Positions 40,750 to 52,168 of a stretch of DNA of 64,000 nucleotides are shown piece by piece. The stretch is from positions 1,302,001 to 1,366,000 of the forward strand of contig JAYWIR010000020.1 of NCBI GenBank assembly GCA_036172245.1, in the 5' to 3' direction. This DNA comes from Raillietiella orientalis (Eukaryota). The notes beneath the pieces are model-generated. The model worked only from the letters and a program-made list of their open reading frames with translations. It was not told the origin of the DNA and searched no databases. Position 1 is the stretch's first letter. The number at the start of each line of letters is the position of its first letter. A program made the position numbers and the translations under genes.

Positions 40750-41300
40750 CATCGCGCCACGGAAGCATCGGAACACGGCACGCATGGCACGGATGGGGGC
40801 ACCGGGTGCCTGCGAGTCTTCTTCGGCACGGTGAACTTTGTTTCCCTCGAAACCCCGCACGCGTTCACCACCCGGTGGTGCCAACGGAACAGTGCCTGTG
40901 ATCGCCTGCTTCTATGCTGACAGAACCCCTCACTGTACGGACGTCGCGGAACGCAGGTGCAAGGGAGGCTTTGCTCCTCGCACCGACCGCGGCTGTCCTC
41001 GCAGCAGCTCCTCCACGGGCCAAACATTCCCAACACTCTCGAAGATGCCTAGAAATCAGCTTGCGCGTTCCGCTGGTGCCTGAAATCTCACCGCTCCTCT
41101 TGCAGATCGCATGCCTTCCTGGGGGCGAGCATTCTAGCCTGAGCAAGGGAAGTGTGTTGTGACCGCGCAAGGAACGCTTCCCGCAAGAAGACCAGTTGTG
41201 TCCAAATATTCGTGCCGCGCTCCCACATCACGGGAACGCTCGCGTTCGTCTTGCGAGAGCATCTGCTCTCCCGCTTCGAGGCGGGAAGGTGTTCACGGGC
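40750..41300 (-). pseudogene. Possible decayed pPolB polymerase-domain fragment in a GC-rich patch (copy F)
   Basis: Weak ordered resemblance: decayed GGRC, EYLDTTGL...HFP, FLGIF...VWP, TGT...VRGFE, AVFRCF. Confidence 0.3.
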
Positions 41301-44300
41301 TCCAGCCGAGGGTACTGTCTGGTGACTTCCTCTCAAGGCTGTGGCCAGCATCGTTGGTGGTGAGATGCCAACCTTGCCTTCTTGGGCAAAAATTCAAAAG
41401 TTCCCACGAATTCGTTGCACTCCAATCCCAGTTTGGAGCTCCTTTCTTAAAAATATTTTGATATCAAGAACTGCTGTAGCATCCTTGACACAAAGTCGTT
41501 CCATGAGCCTCTGATTGGGTGATTGCTGACAGCCTTCCTTCCAGCACAAGAGTGTTTCTTGGCAGCCTTCAGCTTTCATTTAAAGCTGTAGCAGGTCGTT
41601 CATGCAGAAAGTCCAGTAACACTCCACACTCCACTCAGATATGGAGCATTCGACATTCTGCTAATCTGATCGGAAGGGATGTCTTGTGGTTCAACACCAA
41701 ACGGCATTCTCGAAGTGGAACGATCTAAGAGTTGCTCTTGAAAAGAAGCTCTAGTGAAAACAACTCCATAAAATTTAGCTGCCTACCTAGGTGACAATGT
41801 TGTACCGAGTTACATCTGTTATATCATAACTGACATCGATAGACTTGCAGGATTCAAGAGGTCCAACTGGAAGGAAAACACATGTCCACCGGGCATCTAG
41901 CTCAAGTATTTCAGAGTTTTCTTCATTTTCTCCGTGGCCGATTCATGTTTTCTTTTTTCTTTTTTTCTGTTCTCTGAGTTTTGAAGGAAGTCACACCACA
42001 GTTGGTTTAAGAAGAACTAAGAGAATAAATGAGAAATCCCAAATATCAATCTCTGCTAAGCTGATAATATAGGACACTCAGCACGTTAGCAATCATCTAT
42101 AAAGTACTAATGATTTGAGACCGTCTTATCTTATCCGACGGTTTGTTCCTTACTCAGCTGCACCGATTCAGCTCCAATGAACTTCAGATATGGTGAGCTC
42201 CCCATTTCTTGAATATAACGCTCTAGAGATAGATTCTCCCTTATGGCAATTGTACTAATACGATGTATATCTCTGTGTGAATGAGCATTGTTTTTCATTC
42301 CTGATCTTAAAGCATCTTGAAGCAGACGGTATAAGCAAGCATCCAATGTGCTGGTAGAACAGATTCGAAGAATTCAGATAGCTGAAAGGAATGAAACTTT
42401 TTCCTTTTCATAAAGGAAAAGCCTTCGCATAAAAACGATAAAATTTAACTTTTGATGGCCATTTTTAGAGATATCCATAGAAAGCTTTTCTCCATAAATG
42501 CAAATTTTTTTGTCTCCCTCTACTTACCTATGTGCATTTTTTTTCGGCGATACGAAGACATGTACGAATTTCCGTGCATAGATGTATTCTTACTATATAG
42601 TCACTCTTACTGTATGGTTATTCTTATTATATGGTGTATTCGATCTTAAGTTAGATCTTCGGAACACGAAAAAGAATGGTTGCGCTCCATTCCAGAATGC
42701 GAACGTTTTGATTTGAAAATTCGCAGATTCGGATTTGTACCAGTTTCACAAAGAAACCTAATCAGTCACATTGCTCTGGTTCACGACCTGCTTCTTGGGT
42801 CTTCCAGAAAGGGTGATGAAGAAGACCTGGAAGACACACATATTTTCAAGACTGCAGCAGCTGTATGCAGCGGCTGCAGAACAATTGGTCCTTTGATTCA
42901 GTCGATTCTCATTTCTGCTAAATGCGGCACTTTAAAACAAAAAGGAACAACTGCCAGAATATTATTCCAAGTCTAACACAAGTAAGCAACTGGTAGAATG
43001 CGTTTTCCCCTCCTCCCTCCTTAGAGGAAGATGAAACCAGGCACTCCAGAAAGAAAAAAACGGACTGCAAGACTGCAACAGTAAGAATTGTGATTTTAGC
43101 ATCAACTCCTCTGGAATTCCCTCTAGAATTTGCAGTTTCCAAATGGAGAATGCCGATGAAGTGTTCGTGCCAAATGTAATAAGAAAATAGGATCCGTTTG
43201 CTCCCTTTTTTGTACTTACCAACACTGACATATGTGTATATGTATGTTTACATATGCACATATCTAGTTGTAGAAGAGTTAGATGGAAAACGCCAATACA
43301 CAACGATATAGGCATATACAGATTACAGCTGCATAAGTAGATGGAATTAGTAGTTACTCATCTGAATTGTCAGTGAGCATCAATTCAATCGGTAGATTTC
43401 CTAGAAACACGTCGAAAATCTACTCTGGACTCATTACTATTACATCCCTTTAACATTCGTACTGTTGGGATGCGGTCCTTCCACTAATGCAGATACACAA
43501 AGAAGAATCAAGCTCTACTTTGTATTTGATTCACCACTTGCAAGTGACCCATATTTTATTAGTTCAACGTCTGCATCTACTTTTCTATCGAAGATGTGTC
43601 TGATTATACACTCCACAGATCTCATTAAGCATTAAGAGCCTGATACGATGGAGAAATTGAAACTAAAGGAATGCCCTTCAAACTGGAAAATAGCACAAAC
43701 CGCCAACCTGAGGTCCTTCTCGAATGCAAATACATACAAGTGGTCAAAACGATTGTCATCATCAACTTCTATCTATGATATGAGGAATGCTTGTGAATTG
43801 GTCATTAGGGAAAAGCATGTTCGTCTTCGTGCTTCAGTCTTCAAGAAACCAGAAAGATTGCGAGGAATTCTACGTCTTCATATAAATCTGCAAGAAATTT
43901 TTTTGATGTACAGAAAGGTAAACGATGTGAAACCAAAAAAATTTTCCCTGAGAATTTTCTTTGGGGAAAATTTTTTTTGCTATTTTGACATAACTGTGTA
44001 CTAAAGGCTATCTAAGATGCAAAATTCTCTTCTAGAGTAGATGCTGCTGCTGTTTATCTCATAGTGCACGAATTGTTTCAGTTGCCTCATACTCTCTCTT
44101 TTCTGCACCAGTTGAAGTTCAAAATCATCAGTTCATTCGCTCAGTCAAAATGCACTAAATATTAGATCTAGCGAATTTGTGAATGGAATTTTGCTATTTC
44201 CATAGCCTTCCACGGATACAATTAGGTTATTAAAGTGCACTTATTATTGTTATGATAACGTATCAACGAATTTGGAAATTGTCATAATGGTAATGCATCT

Positions 44301-47300
44301 CTTTTTGAAGACATTTACATCAGAGACTTTTGGAACGATTTGCATCTTTCAAAACAATTCAATATTACTGAGAAGACTAATATTATCCTCTAATTTTCCG
44401 AACAGAAAAACGGATTTCTGATCCCCCTCTTCCCTTTTTATACTTGCTCTTCACCATCATGTGGTACAACGAGGGCTTGGTAGCACCATCATCCTCTTTG
44501 GAATCTTGAAGTGCGTTTGATTGTTTCTCTTGTGGAAGTCTGCCATAAATATCGATGTAACATTATTATAATATTATGAAATATAGAGAATTTTCGGCTG
44601 CAATAATGGATAATAGGAGACAATATCGTTGTTTTGAGAAGATGAAAGAAAAAAACTCACAATACTCGATAGATGGGTTTCTTATCTGTAGTTAGGAAGC
44701 ACACAATGAGCACTTGAGCACTTACTCCATATAAAGTGAAACAGAGAAAGAGTATTTCAAAGAAACATCAGCATATTCTGGGATGCTCTTATGAAGACCA
44801 TCGTGGGGTCACTGCATTACTTCTGACAATAGAGAAGGAAAAAGTGCTGTAGGCAGAGAGTGCCGTGTGTGAGAGACCGGAACGGACATAGGACGAATGC
44901 TCTCCTGCAGGCTCTGATAGGAGTCTTACGATAATGGCAGTTCATCTCGGATGCCGTTTTCTTTCTGTGATTCTTGAGCGTTTCTGTAACTTCCGAGGTC
45001 TTCGAGGCAAGCTTTGGATTCTGCACTGCTGAAGGAGATTCCTTCCACAATCAACAGCTTCATCAACACTTATGCAAACGGAGGTCTCGATCGCTGACAA
45101 CCAGTGTTCTGAGTCATGAACACTTGCTCATAATTTCATGAACTAAGAGAGCTTCATGTTCTTTTTTTTTTCTGGACTCATAATCCTTGTATTCAAAACA
45201 GAAGCTGGAGCTTTTGACTCAGTGTTTCTGTTCCCTTTTCCCCCCATCACATGAAAATGCAGGCAAAATGCTCACCCTACGATTGCAGAACAGAAGGCAC
45301 GTAGGTTTACTGTGGTCTTTTCGAAATAAACAGAAAAAAAATGCAGGCTCCCAAAGCACTGGGTACTCGTCCCTCCTGTATGCTACTACAAGTCTGGGGG
45401 CAGTAATTGGCCTATTTAAATCGTGAAACCTCCCTTTTTCTGAAATCTCGGATGTGTCGATTATTTCCTCAGTTACGAAATCGATTCGTCCATCTACAAA
45501 ACATGAATCACCGATCAATAATCCAGGGTCGAGAAATCTCATTTTCATTTGATCTTCTATAAAGAACGCTGAAACCTCTTGCTCAAGAATTCGATCAAGT
45601 CATTCATCTTTATTCCTTCTCTCTTGCTTTCAAGTTCCTTCTTGCACCTGTCTAATATAGGCTGCCTTTAGGAAGCTGGAAGATTCCAATAACGGACTAT
45701 TTCTTTGCCTACATAAATTGGATCCAAAATCTTACTCCCCATTCATAGCATGAGTATCCTTCTTTCTGCTGGGCAGAATACTTCAGCCGCGTGATTGCTA
45801 GGAAGCTGAGAAATTTTAAAAAATAAAATAAAAGTGTGCTGGCAGCATCATTGATTTGATGATATTTGTAAAAAATAGTTTTCCTTATCTTCTTATTTTA
45901 TGGGTTTCAAGCATTACTAGTGCTAATGCTTCACCGAGTCTCTTTCCAAAATCATGAGGGTTTTGAAAACTCGCAAGCGAATCCAAATCCTGATCCAATG
46001 GTCCATGATGCTATGGTTCTTCTGATTCTTAAAATAGATTCAGAAGTTTCCCTTTGTGAGAAGCCTTCGTACCTTATCGGTGTTCTTACTCTCATCGAAA
46101 TTATTACACGTACCTTATCTGTTATCATTGATGAGCATTGAGGAAACTTGAAAAGATTGCTGGAAGAGATGGTTTTATCCACATTGGTGTAGGTTAAAAT
46201 TGATTTTTAATAGATATGGAGATACAAAATATCTCACTTTATGCTTTTTTCTCTAAATCACCATGGTAAACATAAGTGCTTCAGGAGGTCCTTTTTATCC
46301 GTATGTTTCTCCATATGTCTCTTCTAATTGTTTCTCACCACTGTCTATTTGGCACACAGGGAAGGTTTCTTAGGGGGCGATGTAGTGAATGAAATTTAAT
46401 GAATAGTAGTAAGCTGAAATCTGTATCTTACTGTGCTCTCGAATCAAAAGAAGTGCTGAATAATCTGCCAGTTATCTACTAAGTTGCGAGCATGCTCACA
46501 GATTGGTTATTCATCACGTCGTAAGATCTCTTTTTCGAGCTTTTTTCGAAGATAGCCAATAGTCTGCATGCAGGATTTATGGCAAAAGCTTTCACAAAGC
46601 AAATGAAAGGCTTGATGGCCTCCTTATGTCTTGAAAAAACCTGTCATGTTCAAAAAGCAGGGAGTTTTCCGCATTAAAGTCTGGACACTTTCTGTGGCAA
46701 GAATATCTGTCGGAATTTGAAAATTTACTAAGCAAGCGATTTAACAACTGATTCGTCAAAGACTTTTGTCACCCATCTACTGAGCAGCAAAACAAGCATG
46801 AAGAATTTTTTGACCAAGACGGATAACCGCAGGGCGTGTTTGTCATGTATGGGAGAGACGAGAGAAAGTGCCGCTGATGGTAAAGATAGGAACATTAGGA
46901 TGGGTCGTGGATTGCTTGGATGGAGGAAATGCTGGCGCTGAATTGATATTTAATTGGCCGTATTCAGGACAGAAGGCAATAGATATGTCACTGTTACAGT
47001 TTCCTGCTAGTAATCGAAGCATTCTGGAGGGAGGAATCCAACATTCCAGACCTATTTCTAGAGGCAGTCCGTTTTTTTTTCTAAGGAAAGTGTTTGCAAA
47101 CTCTTGACAATAATAGGGACTGTTTTCATTCAAGGAACGTCCACTGGTCGAAATACTCTTCCCCTGATTGCATTCATAGAATATGGCAAAGAAAGGATGT
47201 TGGGGTCCGCTTGAGTAGATAGCAATTTTAGATAATCATCTCCGTTAATTTCGGAGGGATCGCTGAAAAATCTTTACATCGGAGGAACTTTCAAATAAAA

Positions 47301-48699
47301 TGATCCTCCAAACATGCCCACTGCGTTCTCATATGAGAAGTTCAAAGCGGTGTGGTGGTGGTTCGAATGGGGTTGCAGTTCACAAGCACATCAGCCTTGT
47401 CCAGACAAAATTTATGATACGTGTTTTTTTTTTACCTTCGTAATACCAATGTTAAAAAAGCATTTCGAAAGCGTAGAGGCCTTCTGATGACTTTTCAATA
47501 AAATTATTCTTATCGTAAATACGGTTTCTTCAAGGTGAAGCGGTAATTCCCAATGGATGGTGAGACACAGAATCGTTGGACATGGAACAGATGAGCTAAA
47601 AATCAAACAGTTTACCTAGCAGCTGTGACCACATTAATTTTCCACGAGAATTTTCCCACATACTGGAACTGACTGATTATTGCTATGCTTCTATTACTTA
47701 TTCGAATAGCTGAATGCATTTGAGACCAAATAAATCAGTCAAAATTCAAATCAGAGCTTCTTTTTTTTTTTTCTTAATTTGAGTAACGCGGCACTCTAGA
47801 GATAATTCATGACTTAGTCAATACTTTGACATAATCACCTAACATGAAGACGTGTGCCATCTCATTAAGGATGCACCTTTCCCAGTGAAGAGTATCAGAA
47901 GATCAACTCAAAAGAGTACCGTGGCAATTAGGGTGGATGCTATATGTGATTTTTAATTCATTCAACGAATAATTCTTGTTATTTTGATCATTAGAGGTTA
48001 TGAAAGCAGGTAACCATCCAGAGAATCCAGTGCTTTCGGGGAACACACTACAATCAAAATCGGATATCTGAAATATCTTTAATCGCAAACTTACAGCAAC
48101 AGAATGTGCTTGTCCGTGGTTGCTGAATGGATTTCCACTAAGGAAAACAACAAGTGATCTATTTGGGATTTTGCAGATAACTTTCACGACTGCTCAACAG
48201 TCAAATGATTACCTTCGTGAGAACCCAAATAAGGAAAGTCATGCTTTCGAGAGATCTAGGACAAACACACGCACTCTTGACTGAATCAAAGCCATCACTC
48301 TAACACAGAATCTCAAAGCGAATCTCTACAGGAAAAATCCTTTCTTTTTTAGAACTCTTTCTTGACTCAAACCCATAGAATCATCAGTGCTCCCACATAC
48401 AGGATAAGTACGAATCTGTTTGGTATTCTCGTTTTCTAAATGGACTCTGGAACTCGTCAGCAACATTCCGTCACAGAAGTTTCATTGACTTCCCCATCTT
48501 CTATAGACACCTTCCGTATAATGAAATATCAAAATGCCAGAAAAATGTTTTGCAAGATGGCTGCTTGCCAGCTGAACGCACTTTGCTACTCCCGAAATTC
48601 TTAATTTTCTCTAAAATCAGATCCTTATAAAATCACATTGCAGACTACGGAAGAAAATGCTGGAAAACAATCTCTAGCTGATGATCCATTACTCAGTAG

Positions 48700-49650
48700 C
48701 TCTGATCAATGCAGAAATAAAATATCTGAAAACAATAAACTTATGAATAGTCGCGTCGAAGCTTTGGGAAAACTGCAATCCCCCTGAGATCGGAAAGGCG
48801 TCCGTGGTGTGCATTAGTTAGCAATGGTTTCCTAAATCTCGTTGCAGAGTTGCTCGAGCTGGATTCAAGGGATCACAACAACGAAGTGACAATTGTCAAG
48901 AAAAAGGAAAAAAAGTTCAGGATGCCAAAGACTGTCAGTCGATCTCTAAATATTTGAAGTTAGCGGAAACCACACAAAAACATGAGAAACACCAGCCTTT
49001 AGCTATTGCAGTACGAGAACTAGAGAAGGATTTCGAGATGTGCATTTTCTAAGAGACAGGGATGTCTTCGACATGTTGATAACAGTCCAGAAATGCCTAT
49101 GACATTCTCAAATCGAATTTCGAAGGTTCCTAGTTGGATAGGAGATCTCCTGGGAACGTCGGATGCTGGGGACTTTTGTGAGGCCGGAGTTTGGCATTCA
49201 CTGTTGAAAACTGAATTCAAGTCAAAACTTCCAGAATTGCACATGTTGTTACAAAGGACTTTGCAGGCACAAATGCAACCAACAGAAATAAGATCAACAG
49301 CTTCAAAGCCACTTGCGGTTTTTTAATATGCCAAATGAGAACGAATGACAGCAATGCAACCCTGAAATCTCTTTTAAAGCATTTGCGTTCTAATTTGCTT
49401 ACTTTACCAAGGGAGAGAGGAATATTCACTCGTCACCTTGACGAAAGATCTGGTTGGGAGTTTGGTGCTTCCACTGCAACCATATCTTTATTCGTGTAAA
49501 CATTGCATGACAAAATACGTGAGACTTAATTCGCACTATTTATACTTTATCGAAAATCCTAACAGCACACGCGACTTTGCGGGTTTTATCTCGGATCATC
49601 AGACTGAGATTCAACGACACCAAAGCTCACCAGCCAAAAGAACAAAACTG
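48700..49650 (+). pseudogene. Decayed 'gene X' fragment
   Basis: KVPSWIGDLLG...GVWHSLLKTEFKSKLPEL matches the 34.2-34.3 kb copy. Confidence 0.45.
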
Positions 49651-51442
49651 AAAGCATGAAGTTTCAAAAACACCAGGAAAACAAGCGTAGAGGAAAAAAT
49701 TCACAGGAAGTAGAGCAGCCATTGTGACTTTCACGTGAACATTTTCGATTATCAATGAAAATTCCGTCACTCAACGTTAGCTTTGCTCATTGGTACAAAG
49801 AAACGATTTTCTTGTAAGTCAGCATGCTGAGCTCTAATGGTCAGCAAATCTTTGGGATCGAAGACTGGATCAGGATTTTAAATGAAAAATGGCGATACCC
49901 AAAAAACACTCCTTTGTCTCCATACACGTTCACAATGCACACTTGGAAGATTTGACATTGATGGAACAAAAATCTGCAGTTATCGAAGAATACCTAATAA
50001 TTAAGAAGACTGAAAAAAATGCGTCTAAGGCACATAGATTATAGTCATTGACAAAGATTTTTGTCGCCGAAAGAGTAACTGCCATCCCAAACACTGTCAC
50101 ACAGATCTTGCGATGGTGACAGGACCAAAGGAAGACGTTTGAAATCTCGTTCTTGCATGGTGCACCAGTAGCTGCTGCACCACTCTCAGATGCAGAGTTT
50201 AAGGCTACCGATGAGCATAATAAATCCACTCGTCGCCATGCGATAGCGAGCACCTCGATCCACGCCACGACCACCTCTCTCTTCCATCGTGCGCTGGCCA
50301 CTACGCACAGTGGGCCCTTGCTTCCGGCAGAGCCTTCCAGTCAGCACTTTTGCACCTCTGCCTCTCCGCGCGTCTCCGTCCGTCACCTCTTTTCGGCATC
50401 TTCACGCCGAGCACGCGTCTGGACGCACAGGAGAGAATTCGCGGCTTTCCAGATAGATGGGAACCGCTGATGGGAAAGCTGCAAAGATACGAAAGCGTGC
50501 CAAAGCGGCCACTTCTGCTTCGGCTGCGGAATGCGAAACTCTGCACAGACGTTACCTCGGCTGCAGAGCAAGTTGGGGAGGATGGCGGCCGCATACGAAA
50601 CGTGCATCCCTCCAACCGAGCCATTTGTCGAAAGGTGGTGGAGGCGATGACGAAGAACAAAGACCGCAGTCCCTTGGGGGGGGGGGTCTGCAGCACCGCT
50701 GTTGCATCAGCATCCGACACGGAGGCCGATGCAAGATGACGAGCAGAATGCAACAAGAGGCGAGCGCAGGGCAGCTTGTTGTGCAAGAGAGCGAGTCGTT
50801 TCTTGCAGGCAGAACGCGGTGCGCACACGCAAGGACGAGGGGGGGGGGGGCACTCAGCAAGGCGTGCTCACCAAGCAGGCAAATGGGGTCTTTCGCTTTC
50901 TTGTGCGCAGCCTCCCTACGAGAAGCCACGTCCGCAAATAGCTTGACGGAACCTTCTTTACTGCTCTTCCCGTCGATCTGTGCACGCGCCCGATGGCCTC
51001 GAACGGGAGACGGCGTTTCCGCAAGCAGGCGGCAGTCGCATTCGCTCGTTGGATGCCGGACGGGGGTGCATGTGTGCCCGTGCTGCACGCATGCTGCATC
51101 AGAGGCGGCGGCACCTGCGTCCGGCTGCACGGCAAACGAGGGAGAACGTGTACCGGTGTTCCCGGCACGGAATGCGTGCCGGAGCATTCCGTGCCGTGGC
51201 TTCCGCTCCCGGTTTCACGTGGTCGCCTTTTTGGAAATCGGCACGCCGAAATGGACTGGAAACGGGCATTGGTGAAATTTTTTGCAACCGATTTTGTATG
51301 CAGATGATTTATTATTCTGCTTCAAATATATAAGTGCAGAAAAGAAAATTTCATAACACTAGAGCAGAAGCCATCGCAAAAAATCGGGAAAATCCGTGGA
51401 ATAAACGCAACTGTTGAAAGCCGGAACTCTTTGGAATATTTT

Positions 51443-52018
51443 TCACTTTATTACACTGAGATGATGACGAGCTTTCTCTAGTTCTCGAAGAAGATCGTAG
51501 AACTGTGGCAATGATATCTCCACAAAAGCAGATTTCTCTCCATCACCGCCATCATGTGAAGTGAATAACAACTGGATATATGGCTTTCCAACCTTTTTGA
51601 TTTCGCTACTAGTCACCGTTACTACAAAGGCAAAAAACACGGTTTTCAAAGATCAGTGGCAATCAATATTGAGCGCGAATACGATGTGTTGAACTTTGTA
51701 CTTACTACCGAGCCGCCATTGCACATTGGTCATAAGATTGGTAATCTGAGACATCATACAGCATAGGGAGTTGCTGTTTCACATCAGTTGAATAAATGAA
51801 TCTGTAAGATAAACACTGGAGGTCACTGAACGCAGTTATCCGTGTACTCGAAATAAAGCCTCAGCTATTCATCAAAAGATCAGGACAGAGGTGCATGATT
51901 GTAGGAAGATATTCCCTGCCTCATATGTCCTGTCTGAGAAAGCATCACAATTAAGAACAAAATCCTCAAAGCAATGCAAAAAGTCTTCGATTCCAGCTGT
52001 AGCGCCAAGAGTTGCCAT
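51443..52018 (-). CDS. COMMD7: COMM-domain protein, COMMD7-like (5' exon structure uncertain)
   Basis: Exons 51745-51706 and 51621-51443 splice to ITNLMTNVQWRLGITVTSSEIKKVGKPYIQLLFT...FVEISLPQFYDLLRELEKAR*. This matches the COMM domain, best the COMMD7 pattern WxxG-SSE-KVG-QL-ExxLPQFY. Candidate ATG at 52018 (MATLGATAGIEDFLHCFEDF...); the exons linking it to 51745 are not resolved. Confidence 0.8.
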
Positions 52019-52122
52019 TCTGTCCTCTCTGAATATGCCGGGATGCAAAAATTACCAGTTGGAAACCAAAGCGTTGCGCTATTCAAATCTACGACGTGCA
52101 TTTGAACTGCAGTTCACCCATG

Positions 52123-52128
52123 TTTATT
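52123..52128 (-). terminator. Candidate polyadenylation signal AATAAA of SUCLG2
   Basis: AATAAA on minus about 40 nt after the stop codon at 52169. Confidence 0.55.
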
Positions 52129-52168
52129 TGCTTTAGCTGCAAAAGTTCTCTGCATGAGATTTCTCGTG

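Noticed and set aside
40820..40860. FEGNKV/FTVPKK as levivirus-like RdRp motif F
   Set aside because: It needs a frameshift and no GDD or other RdRp motifs follow.
45085..45125. DSEHWLS as an adenain-type protease HW motif
   Set aside because: No FDS or QxxxxxxCG motifs nearby.
50112..50140. VTGP..KTF as a Walker A of a packaging ATPase
   Set aside because: The motif is incomplete and there is no clear Walker B or arginine finger downstream.
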